Source: an uncultured Acidimicrobiales bacterium (GTDB lineage: Bacteria; Actinomycetota; Acidimicrobiia; Acidimicrobiales; Aldehydirespiratoraceae). Taken from it: a stretch of 64,000 nucleotides of DNA. Made by a program: the position numbers and the translations under genes. The stretch's first letter is position 1, and each line of letters opens with the position of its first letter. Below are positions 18,188-27,500 of this stretch, piece by piece. The notes beneath the pieces are model-generated. The model did not search any database. It was not told where the DNA came from and saw only the letters and a list, made by a program, of their open reading frames with translations. The stretch spans positions 225,917-289,916 of the forward strand of contig CATQHS010000001.1 of assembly GCA_958296055.1 (NCBI GenBank), given 5' to 3'.

Positions 18188-18270
18188 TTGCGGCCCGCGT
18201 TGGGCTTGCGACCGTGGTTGGCCTTGGATCGACGGGCCTTGGCCCTCCTGCGCTGGGTGCGCTTGGACAT
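18184..18270 (-). CDS. 50S ribosomal protein bL37 (actinobacterial mini-protein, 28 aa)
   Basis: MSKRTQRRRAKARRSKANHGRKPNAGRN has the KANHG(K/R)(R/K)PN signature of bL37 known from mycobacterial ribosome structures. It is embedded in a longer 69-aa track ORF. Confidence 0.65.
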   Translation of the reverse strand: MSKRTQRRRAKARRSKANHGRKPNAGRN

Positions 18271-18401
18271 GCTCCCCAGGCTATCGCCGCCAGCCCCGAG
18301 CCGAGTCAGCGGGCAGCCCGATGTAGCGGGCGCACTTTGCGATCCAGCGACGTACTGCGATGTAGCGGGCACACTGCGATGCAGCGGGCACACTGAAGGG
18401 C

Positions 18402-18515
18402 ATGGGCGGCGAGGCCGTGAACCGCAAGGCAGCTAACCACGAGACCGCGAACCGGGGCATGGGCGGCGAGGCCGTGAACCGCAAGGGCGCTAACCGCGAG
18501 ACCGCGTACCGCGAG
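18402..18515 (+). repeat. 57-bp x2 tandem duplication containing the start codon of the DCC gene
   Basis: ATGGGCGGCGAGGCCGTGAACCGCAAGG... occurs at 18402 and again at 18459. At protein level this is MGGEAVNRKAANHETANRG / MGGEAVNRKGANRETAYRE. Confidence 0.9.
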
Positions 18516-18932
18516 GCCAGGCCGCTGCTGGTGTTCGACGGCGACTGCGGGTTCTGCACCCGCTCGGCCCGGTGGATCCAGCGCAAGCTGCCGGAAGAGG
18601 CCAGGGTAGAGCCCTGGCAGGCGCTCGATCTCGACGAGCTGGGCCTGACTGTCGCCGACGTCACCGGCGCGGCTTGGTGGGTCTCCCCTGACCAGCCGCA
18701 ACCGGCCCGGGGACACGAGGCCATCGGCCGGGCCCTGGTCGCGGCCGGCGGGGTCTGGGGGGTGGCGGGCAGGCTGATCGTGGGCTGGCCCGGGCGTTGG
18801 CTGGCCCGCCCGGTCTACGCGGTGATCGCCCGCAACCGGCACCGGATGCCCGGCGGCACCCCGGCCTGCCAGACCAGCGCCGAGGATTCCCCGGCCGCCG
18901 CGCCCGCCTGGCACCCCGGCCACGACAACTAA
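18402..18932 (+). CDS. DCC-family thiol-disulfide oxidoreductase (DUF393)
   Basis: The VFDGDCGFCTRSARW motif is present. The start is ambiguous (18402 or 18459) because the ATG lies in a 57-bp tandem duplication. Confidence 0.75.
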   Translation: MGGEAVNRKAANHETANRGMGGEAVNRKGANRETAYREARPLLVFDGDCGFCTRSARWIQRKLPEEARVEPWQALDLDELGLTVADVTGAAWWVSPDQPQPARGHEAIGRALVAAGGVWGVAGRLIVGWPGRWLARPVYAVIARNRHRMPGGTPACQTSAEDSPAAAPAWHPGHDN

Positions 18933-19062
18933 CGACTCCCCGACCGCCGCCGGCACACCGGCCACGACAACCGGCACCTCCCCGACCGTCACCGCCGCCG
19001 CCTGCACACCGGCCATGACAACCGGCACCTCCCCGGCCGCCGCGCCCGCCGGCACACCGGCC
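18911..19062. repeat. Intergenic tandem repeat (~42-52 bp unit, 3+ copies)
   Basis: GGCACACCGGCCACGACAACCGGCACCTCCCCGACCG... is repeated with variation between the DCC gene and the BMP lipoprotein gene. Confidence 0.8.
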
Positions 19063-19140
19063 TCAGCGGGCGGAGAGGCCGGTGCTAGCCTGGCCGATCA
19101 ACGCTGAGGGCAACCTCAGAACAACCTCCGGGAGGGAATA

Positions 19141-20295
19141 ATGCGGAGTCGCGCAATGCGGAGTCACCCGTTTAGTCGCCTGGCCGCACTGCTGGCCGTC
19201 CTGCTGCCGTTCGGCCTGATAGCTGCCGCCTGCGGAGGCGACGACGACACCGAGACCGCCACCACCACCGAGGCCCCCGCCCCCGCCGACGAACCAGCCC
19301 CGGCCACCACCGCCGATGAAGGGCCGCCGCTCACCGTTGGGCTGGTGTTCGACATCGGCGGCCGGGGCGACCAGTCGTTCAACGACTCAGCCGCGGCCGG
19401 GATCGAGCGAGCCCGGAACGAGCTCGGCATCGAGTTCACCGAAGCCTCGCCCAATCCCGACGGGTCGAACCGGGCCGAACTGCTCCAGCTCGCGGCCGAC
19501 GCCCACGACGTGGTGATCGCAGTCGGCTTCCTGTTCGAGGGCGACGCGGCCGCGGTCGGCGTCGAAAACCCCGGCACCGTATTCGGCGTGGTCGACACGG
19601 CCATGCTCGACTTCAGCAGCGACCCCCCCGCCCCCTTCGGCGACAACATCGCCGGCCTGGTGTTCGCCGAGGAGCAGGGCTCGTTCCTGGTCGGGGCGGC
19701 CGCCGCCCTCAAGAGCACCACCGGCGCCATCGGGTTCATAGGCGGCGTGGCCAACGTGGGCGGGCTCATCGAGAGGTTCCAGGCCGGCTACGAGGCCGGG
19801 GCCAAGGCGGTGAACCCCGACATCGAGGTCATCTCCGACTACATCACCGAGGCCCCCGACTTCGACGGCTTCAACGCCCCCGACCGGGCCAAGGAGATCG
19901 CCCTGGCCATGTACGAGGAGGGCGCCGACATCGTGTACCACGCCGCGGGCGGCTCCGGGGCCGGGCTGTTCCAGGCGGCCAAGGATCAGAGCGACGCCAC
20001 CGGGTCCAAGGTGTGGGCCATCGGGGTGGACTCCGACCAGTACTACACCGCCGACGCCGGGGTGCGGGACTACATCCTCACCTCAATGCTCAAGCGGGTG
20101 GACGTCTCCATCTTCGAGGTGATCAAGGCGGCCATGGACGGCACCGTCACCCCCGGGCCCACCACCTACAACCTGTCGGTGGACGGCGTCGGGTACAGCA
20201 CCTCGGGCGGGTTCATCGACGACATCACCGACCAGCTCGAGGAATACAAAGCCCAGATCACCTCGGGCGGAATCGTGGTGCCCACCGAGCCGTAG
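19141..20295 (+). CDS. BMP-family (PnrA-like) ABC transporter substrate-binding lipoprotein, probable nucleoside binding
   Basis: Lipobox LIAAAC-GG and BMP/Med family similarity (GDQSFND, IGFIGG). Confidence 0.85.
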   Translation: MRSRAMRSHPFSRLAALLAVLLPFGLIAAACGGDDDTETATTTEAPAPADEPAPATTADEGPPLTVGLVFDIGGRGDQSFNDSAAAGIERARNELGIEFTEASPNPDGSNRAELLQLAADAHDVVIAVGFLFEGDAAAVGVENPGTVFGVVDTAMLDFSSDPPAPFGDNIAGLVFAEEQGSFLVGAAAALKSTTGAIGFIGGVANVGGLIERFQAGYEAGAKAVNPDIEVISDYITEAPDFDGFNAPDRAKEIALAMYEEGADIVYHAAGGSGAGLFQAAKDQSDATGSKVWAIGVDSDQYYTADAGVRDYILTSMLKRVDVSIFEVIKAAMDGTVTPGPTTYNLSVDGVGYSTSGGFIDDITDQLEEYKAQITSGGIVVPTEP

Positions 20296-20322
20296 GCGCC
20301 GCACCGACCCCGGGGCCGGGCC

Positions 20323-21846
20323 ATGGCGCCGGCCATAGAGCTGCGGGGCATCACCAAGCGATTCCCGGGCGTCGTGGCCAACGACGGCATCGACCTCACC
20401 GTGGCCGAGGGCGAGATCCACGCCATCTGCGGCGAGAACGGGGCCGGCAAGTCGACCCTGATGAAGATCCTCTACGGGATGCAGGCCCCCGACTCCGGCA
20501 CCGTCACCATCGACGGCCGCCCGGTGGAGCTGGGCTCGCCGGCCCGGGCTATCGAGGCCGGGATCGGCATGGTCCACCAGCACTTCATGCTGGCCGACCA
20601 GCTCACCGTGCTCGAGAACGTGATCCTGGGGGCCGAGCCGATGCGCTCCTTCGGCCGGATCGACTTCGAGGCGGCCCGGTCCCATCTCAAGGAGGTGGGC
20701 CAGGCCTACGGCCTAGACGTCAACCCCGACGATCTGGTCGAGACCCTGGAGGTGGGCGAGCGCCAGCGGGTCGAGATCATCAAGGTCCTGTACCGGGGGG
20801 CGAGGATCCTCATCCTCGACGAGCCCACCGCGGTGCTGGTCCCCCAAGAGGTGGACGAACTGTTCCGCAACATGCGCGAGCTCAAGGCGGCCGGCACCAC
20901 CATCTTGTTCATCGACCACAAGCTCGACGAGGTGCTCGAGATCGCCGACGCCGTCACCGTGCTCCGCCAGGGCCGCGCCGTGGGGACGGTGAACCCCGGC
21001 GCCGTGACCGCCCACGATCTGGCCGAGATGATGATCGGCTCGGAGCTGCCCGTCCCCGACGCCGGGTCCTCCACCGTCACCGACGAGGCCGCCCTGGTGA
21101 TCGACGGCCTCACCGTGACCGACGGCGACCGGGCCGTGGTGGACAGCGTGAGCCTGCGGGTGCACAGGGGCGAGATCGTCGGGATCGCCGGGGTGGAGGG
21201 CAACGGCCAGGCCGAGCTGGTCAGCGCCGTGCTGGGCATCCTCGAGCCCGACGCCGGCGCCGTCGCCCTAATGGGACAGGACCTCACCGGCCGGCCGGTG
21301 CGCCGCCGGCGGCGGATGGGGCTGGGCTACGTGCCCCAGGACCGCCAGCGCGAGGGCCTGCTGCTGGGCGCGGCCCTGTGGGAGAACACCGCTCTGGGGC
21401 ATCAGACCAAGGCCCCCTACTCCCGGGGCCCGTGGCTGAGCCGGGCGGGGATGAAGGACCGGGCCAGCCAGGTCACATCCGGCTTCGACGTGCGCACCCC
21501 CGGCATCGACGTGGCCGCCCACGCCCTGTCCGGCGGCAACCAGCAGAAGCTGATCGTGGGCCGGGAGATGGTGGCCGGGCCGGTGGTGCTCATCGCCAAC
21601 CACCCCACCCGGGGCATCGACGTGGGCGCCCAGGCCGCGGTGTGGGACGACATCCGCGAGGCCCGGGCCCAGGGTCTGGCCACCCTGCTGGTGTCGGCCG
21701 ACTTAGACGAGCTGATCGGGCTGTCCGACGTCATCGTGGTCATGCTGCGGGGCCGCCTGGTGGCCCGCCTGGACCCGGCCGAGGTCACCCCCCGGGACCT
21801 GGGCGCCTACATGACCGGCGCGGCCTTGGAGGCCGCCGCCCCGTGA
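20323..21846 (+). CDS. ABC transporter ATP-binding protein (duplicated ATPase)
   Basis: GENGAGKSTLMK, LSGGNQQK and ILDEPT motifs in two ABC domains. Confidence 0.9.
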   Translation: MAPAIELRGITKRFPGVVANDGIDLTVAEGEIHAICGENGAGKSTLMKILYGMQAPDSGTVTIDGRPVELGSPARAIEAGIGMVHQHFMLADQLTVLENVILGAEPMRSFGRIDFEAARSHLKEVGQAYGLDVNPDDLVETLEVGERQRVEIIKVLYRGARILILDEPTAVLVPQEVDELFRNMRELKAAGTTILFIDHKLDEVLEIADAVTVLRQGRAVGTVNPGAVTAHDLAEMMIGSELPVPDAGSSTVTDEAALVIDGLTVTDGDRAVVDSVSLRVHRGEIVGIAGVEGNGQAELVSAVLGILEPDAGAVALMGQDLTGRPVRRRRRMGLGYVPQDRQREGLLLGAALWENTALGHQTKAPYSRGPWLSRAGMKDRASQVTSGFDVRTPGIDVAAHALSGGNQQKLIVGREMVAGPVVLIANHPTRGIDVGAQAAVWDDIREARAQGLATLLVSADLDELIGLSDVIVVMLRGRLVARLDPAEVTPRDLGAYMTGAALEAAAP

Positions 21847-21950
21847 CGGCCCGCCTCGTGACCGGCCCGGCCCTGACCGGCCCCGCCACCCCGTGACCAA
21901 CCCCGCCCTGACCGGCCCCGCCGCCTCGTGACCGGCCCGGCCCTGACCCC

Positions 21951-23063
21951 GTGAGCACCAGCCGCCGGGTCCTGATGGCCGGGGCCGCGCCCTTGGCCGC
22001 GCTGGCGGTGGCGGTGGTGCTGTCGTCGATCGTGCTGCTGGCATCGGGCAGCAATCCGCTGGAGGCCTACGGCGACATGATCGGCCACGCCTCCAAGCTC
22101 GAGACCCAGGTGGACATGTTGAACCGGGCCACCCCGCTGTACCTGTCGGCGGTAGCGGTGGCCATCGGCTTCCGCATGAACCTGTTCAACATCGGCGTCG
22201 AGGGCCAGTACCTGCTGGCCTTCATCGTGGCCGCCCACCTCGGGGCCCAGGTGGAGCTGCCGACCGCGCTGCACGTGGCCTTCATCATGGCCGCGGCCAT
22301 GGTCGTCGGCGGGGTCTTCTCCGGGGCGGCCGGGGTGCTGAAGGTGACCCGGGGCATCAACGAGGTGATCTCCACCATCATGTTGAACGCGGTGGCCATC
22401 TCCGGGCTGGCGGCTTGGTGGATCGTGGAGTGGCAGGCTGGCGGCGAGATATCCACCACCGGGGGCCGGGTCGGCACCGAGCCCATCGCCGACCGCGGCC
22501 TGCTGCCGGACATGAACGGCCTGGTGGAGATGTTCACCCGGGAGATCGCCCAGGGCAAGAAGCTCACCGGGATGCTGCTGGTGGCGGTGGCGGTGGGGGG
22601 GCTCTACAGCACCGCCCTCAACCGCACCGTGTTCGGCTTCGAGCTGCGGGCCAGCGGGGCCAACCCGTTCGCCGCCCACGCGGGGGGCGTGTCGCCGGGG
22701 CGGATGGTGGTGGCGGCCATGACCCTGTCGGGGATGGTGGCCGGGCTGGTGGGGATGACCGAGCTGATGAACACCGGCTTCTACCCGTCGAACCCGGTGG
22801 CCGGGCTCGGGTTCGCCGGCATCGCCGTGGCCCTGCTGGGCCGCAACCACCCGGTGGGGGTGGCGGTGGCCGCCCTGATCTTCGCCTTCCTGGACGTGTC
22901 CTCGGGGATCCTGCAGATCTCGGGGGCGGCCTCCCGGGAGATCGTGGTGATCATGCAGGGGGTGATCATCCTGACCGCGGTGATCGCCTACGAGATCGTG
23001 CGCCGCGTCCGCGAGCGCGATGAGGCGGCCGCCGCGGCCGCGGCCATGGCCGCCGGGACATGA
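21951..23063 (+). CDS. ABC transporter permease (YufP-like)
   Basis: 370 aa polytopic membrane protein in operon context. Confidence 0.85.
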   Translation: MSTSRRVLMAGAAPLAALAVAVVLSSIVLLASGSNPLEAYGDMIGHASKLETQVDMLNRATPLYLSAVAVAIGFRMNLFNIGVEGQYLLAFIVAAHLGAQVELPTALHVAFIMAAAMVVGGVFSGAAGVLKVTRGINEVISTIMLNAVAISGLAAWWIVEWQAGGEISTTGGRVGTEPIADRGLLPDMNGLVEMFTREIAQGKKLTGMLLVAVAVGGLYSTALNRTVFGFELRASGANPFAAHAGGVSPGRMVVAAMTLSGMVAGLVGMTELMNTGFYPSNPVAGLGFAGIAVALLGRNHPVGVAVAALIFAFLDVSSGILQISGAASREIVVIMQGVIILTAVIAYEIVRRVRERDEAAAAAAAMAAGT

Positions 23064-23200
23064 CCGCCGACCCAAACCCGACAGTCGCCAGCCATGACCG
23101 CCGGAACATGACCGCCGACCCAAACCCGACAGTCGCCAGAGATGGCCGCCGGAACATGACCGCCGACCCGAACCCGACAGCCGCCAGAGATAGCGGGCTG
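23059..23200. repeat. 48-bp x3 tandem repeat at the permease1/permease2 cistron junction
   Basis: CATGACCGCCGACCCAAACCCGACAGTCGCCAG..CCGCCGGAA is repeated at 23059, 23107 and 23155. Each unit re-creates the ACATGACC stop context. Confidence 0.9.
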
Positions 23201-23202
23201 AC

Positions 23203-24462
23203 ATGATGGCCGCCCTTCACCGGCTGCCGGCCTGGGGCCGGTGGATGCTCTACGCCGCCGTCGGCGTGGCCGTGCTCACCGTGGTGCAGGGCTTCGACGA
23301 CACCGAGCGGCTCACCGCGGTCACGTCGTCGCAGGCCATGCTGCGCTGGGCCGTGCCCATCATGCTGGCCGGGCTGGGGGGCCTGTTCTCGGAGCGGGCC
23401 GGGGTGGTCAACATCGGCTTGGAGGGGATGCTGATCCTGGGCACCTGGTTCGGGGCCTGGGGGGCCATCAACTACGGCGGCTGGGCGGGCCTGGTCATCG
23501 GGATGGCCGGCGGAGCCCTGGGGGGGCTGGTCCACGCCGTGGCCACCGTCTCGTTCGGGGTGGACCACATCATCTCGGGGGTGGCCATCAACGTGACCGC
23601 CCCGGGGGTGACCCGGTTTTTGTCGTCGGAGGTCTTGGTGGGCCACGAGGGCGGGTCGATCACCCAGTCGCCCCGGACCCCCGGCGTGGGCAAGTTCACC
23701 TTCCCGTTCGCGGCCGGGGGCGACCTGTTCGGCTGGAAGACCCCCGACGTGCTGGGCTGGCTGACCGGCCAGGGTTGGTTCTTCGTGTCCGACCTCACCG
23801 GGTTGGCCCGGGGGCTGGTGTCGAACCTGTCGCTGACCACTGTCATCGCCTTCGCCTTGGTGCCGGCCAGCGCCTGGCTGATCTGGCGGACCCGGTTCGG
23901 GCTGAGGGTGCGCATCTGCGGCGAGCACCCGGCCGGCGGCGAGACCCAGGGCATAAACATCTACCTGTACAAGTACCTGGCCGTGATGATCAGCGGCGGG
24001 CTGGCCGGGCTGGGCGGCGCCTTCATGGCCAGCCCCGAGCTGTCGGGCATCTACCTGGAGGGCCAGACCCAGGGCCGGGGGTTCATCGGGCTGGCCGCGC
24101 TGATATTCGGCAACTGGCGGCCGGCCGGGATCATGGCCGGGGCGCTGCTGTTCGGCTACCCGTTCGGGGTGGGCCTGCGGGACTTGGACGGCTCGGCCTC
24201 GCACTCGCTGCTGCTGGTCACCGCCCTGGCTCTGGGCGCGGTGGCCGCCCGGGCCCTGGGCCGCCGCCGCCGGGTGGACGCGGCCCTGGCCGCCGGGCTG
24301 GGGCTGGGGGCGACGGCGTGGTACCTAGCCTCCGAGACCGCGCCCGACTGGTGGATCTCCATCCTGCCCTTCGTGATCGTGCTGGTGGTGCTGGCCTTCT
24401 ACTCCCAGCGGCTGCGGATGCCCCGGGCCGACGGCCTCCCCTACCGCAAGGGCGAGACGTGA
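23203..24462 (+). CDS. ABC transporter permease (YufQ-like)
   Basis: 419 aa polytopic membrane protein in operon context. Confidence 0.85.
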   Translation: MMAALHRLPAWGRWMLYAAVGVAVLTVVQGFDDTERLTAVTSSQAMLRWAVPIMLAGLGGLFSERAGVVNIGLEGMLILGTWFGAWGAINYGGWAGLVIGMAGGALGGLVHAVATVSFGVDHIISGVAINVTAPGVTRFLSSEVLVGHEGGSITQSPRTPGVGKFTFPFAAGGDLFGWKTPDVLGWLTGQGWFFVSDLTGLARGLVSNLSLTTVIAFALVPASAWLIWRTRFGLRVRICGEHPAGGETQGINIYLYKYLAVMISGGLAGLGGAFMASPELSGIYLEGQTQGRGFIGLAALIFGNWRPAGIMAGALLFGYPFGVGLRDLDGSASHSLLLVTALALGAVAARALGRRRRVDAALAAGLGLGATAWYLASETAPDWWISILPFVIVLVVLAFYSQRLRMPRADGLPYRKGET

Positions 24463-24537
24463 CCAAGGACCTGCCCCTCGTTCTCGAAATGCTCCAAGAA
24501 CTGCAGAGCTGATCAAACCTGCTGCAGCAGCGGGCGA

Positions 24538-27500
24538 TCACGTAGCGGCGGCGGTCGGATGCTGGTTCTCGAGGCGGGTCAGGGTTTCGGACAGGCGGCG
24601 GCGGTATTCCGCCACGTTGGCCATCTTGATGTCCTCGTAGCCTCGGACCATCTCGGGCAACCCGGCCAGCTCGACGGCCGCCTCCAGGGTGTCGGGGGCG
24701 AGGACGGCCAAAGCCTGATCCAAAGCCTCGACGTACTCGGCGGGCAGGCGGCGCTCGGTGCGGCGGACCTCGCTGCGCCCGAACGGGTCCCAGCAGGTGC
24801 CCCGGAGCCGCTTGGCCCGGGCCAGCAGCCGCACCGCCGGGGCGGCCCACACCCCCACCGAGATCTTGCGGTCCATGCCCATGGCCCGCAGCACCGGCGG
24901 GTGCAGCCTCCAGGCCACCTTCCCGCCTTCGGCCACCCGGCGGGCCTCGGCCATGGCCTCGGGGTCGGTCATCAGCCGGGCCACCTCGTACTCGTCCTTG
25001 TAGGCGGTGAGCTTGTACAGGCCGGCCGCGGCCGCCGCCAGCAGCCGGGTGGAGCCAGGATCGACGGCCCGCTCGGCCGCGGCCACCCGGTCCAGCACGT
25101 CGAACCAGTCGGCGGCGACCGACCGGTCGCCCCAGCGGGCCAGCTCGCCCGCCAACAGCGACAGGCGGTCCCGCAGCTCGCCGTCGGCCCCGAGCCGGTC
25201 CAGGCGGTCGGCGAACCGCTCTACCGGGGCCGCCGCAACCTCGGACGGGCGGGCCGCGGCCCGGGCCGCGTCCACCGCGGCCTCATCGGCCACCTGGACC
25301 CGGCCCCACCTAAAAGCAGCGGTGTTGGCCTCCACCGCCACCCCGTTGAGGTCGATGGCCCGCTCGACGCAGGCCGGGTCGATGGGCAATGCCCCGGCCT
25401 GCACGGCCATGCCCACCACGAACAGGTTGGCGGTGACGGTGGAGCCGAACAGGTCGGCGGTCACCGCCTGGGCGTCGGCCCAGCAGTGGATCGGCCCGCT
25501 GGCCGACGCGATGCGCTCGGCCAGCTCCTCGGGGGTGGGCAGGGGCACGGCGGGGTCGATGATCATGGCCCCCGTCGGGGTGGGCGAGGTGGAGCCCACC
25601 ACCGCGGTGCGCTCCGACACCGTGTTCATGCCCTGGGCGCCGGCCGCGGTGAGCTGGTCGAGGGCCAGCAGCAGGTCGGCCTGGCCCTGGCCCAGCCGGT
25701 TGGTGAACGACGGATGGGCCTTCGACAGCCGGACGTCGCTCACCACCGGCCCTGCCTTCTGGGACAGGCCGATCTGGTCGAGGCCCCGGGTGTGGAAGCC
25801 GTCCAGCATGGCCGCGGTGCCGATGATCTGGCCCACGGTCACCACCCCGGTGCCGCCCACCCCGGTGATGCGCACCGCCACCTCATCGGCGGGGACCACG
25901 AGCTGCGGGTCGGGCGCCGGCGGCGGCTGGGGCGGCCCGGCGGCTGAAGTCGCCGCCCGGCGGGTCAGGCCCAGCCGCCGCAGGCGACCCGGCCCGGCCG
26001 AGCCGGATCGGTCAGCCGGGTCATCGGGCCGATCCACGGTCATGAACGACGGGCAGTCGCCCTCCAGGCAACTGAAGTCGAGGTTGCAGGTGGTCTGGTC
26101 GATGGTCGTCTTGCGCCCGAAGGGGGTCTCCGTCGGCTGGACCGACAGGCAGTTGCTGATGCGGCTGCAGTCGCCGCACCCCTCGCAGATCCGCTGGTTG
26201 ATCACCACCCGCTGCCTCGGGGTCTCCACCAGCCCCCGCTTGCGGGCCCGGCGGGACTCGGCCGCGCAGGCCTGGTCGTGGACCAGCACCGTGACCCCCG
26301 ACACCTCGGCCAGCACCCGCTGGGCCTCCATGAGCCGATCCCGGGACCACACCTCCACCCCGGCGGGCATCCGGGCCCCGGCGTAGCGAGCCGGGTCCTC
26401 GGTGGTGACCAGCACCCGCTTCACCCCCTGGGCCAGCAGGACCTCGGCCACCCGGGGGATGTCCAGGCCGCCGGTGGGGTCCTGGCCCCCGGTCATGGCC
26501 ACGGTGCCGTTGTAGAGCAGCTTGTAGGTGATGTTCACCCCGGCCGCCACCGCGGCCTGCACCGCGAGCTGCCCGGAGTGGAAGAAGGTGCCGTCGCCCA
26601 GGTTCTGGATCAGGTGCGGGTGGTCGACGAAGTCGGCCATGCCGATCCACTGGGCCCCCTCGCTGCCCATGCAGGTCAGCCCGGTGAGCTCCCCGAACCG
26701 CTCTTCGTCCATCAGCAGGGTCATGGTGTGGCAGCCGATGCCCGCGCCGACCAGGGCCCCGTCGGGGGCCTGGGTGCTGCGGTTGTGGGGGCACCCCGAG
26801 CAGAAGAACGGGGAGCGCTGCCCGGCGCCGGGGGCCCACACCGACACCGGGATGGGCCGGCGGGGCTCGGGGGCCAGCCGGTAGGACAGGTGGGACTCCA
26901 GCCGGCGGCGCAGCAGGGGGGCGATGGCGTCGGCGTCCAGCCCGCCCCAGCCGGGGACCAGCAGTTCGCCGGCCTCGTCGTGCTTGCCCACCACCGCCGG
27001 GCGGTCGGGCATCGAGTAGAGGGCGTCTTTGACCAGCGATTCGATGCTGGGCCGTTTCTCCTCGATCACGAACACCTGCTGGAGGCCCCGGGCGAACCGG
27101 CGCATGGTGTCGGGGCTGAACGGCACCGGCATGCCCATCTTCAGCAGCCGGATGCCGCCCGCGGCGATGTCGGAGTCGTCGGCCAGGCCGAGGCGGGCCA
27201 GCGCCTCTCGCACCTCCCGGTAGGTGATGCCCGAGGAGACGATGCCGATCCAGGCCCGGTCCGGGTCCACCACGGCGTAGTTCAGCCGGTTCTGCACCGC
27301 GTAGGTGCGGGCCAGCTCGTAGCGGACATCGAGGATCTCCCGCTCGACGTCGACGGTGCGGGGGGTGAGCAGCCGCCCGTCGGGGACGTGGAGGTAGGGC
27401 TCGCCGTTGAGCAGGGGGATCACCGGCTGGACCCGGTCGGGGTCGAGGTCCACGGTGGCGGTGGCGTCGGCCACGTCGGACACGATCTTCAGCGCCGACC

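Noticed and set aside
18281-19055. Minus-strand ORFs 18281..18724 and 18306..19055.
   Set aside because: They are antisense to the DCC oxidoreductase gene, repeat-derived and low complexity.
18398-23200. Tandem repeat arrays considered as possible CRISPR arrays.
   Set aside because: The units are directly adjacent with no unique spacers between them, have variable unit length, and there are no cas genes. They are simple tandem duplications.
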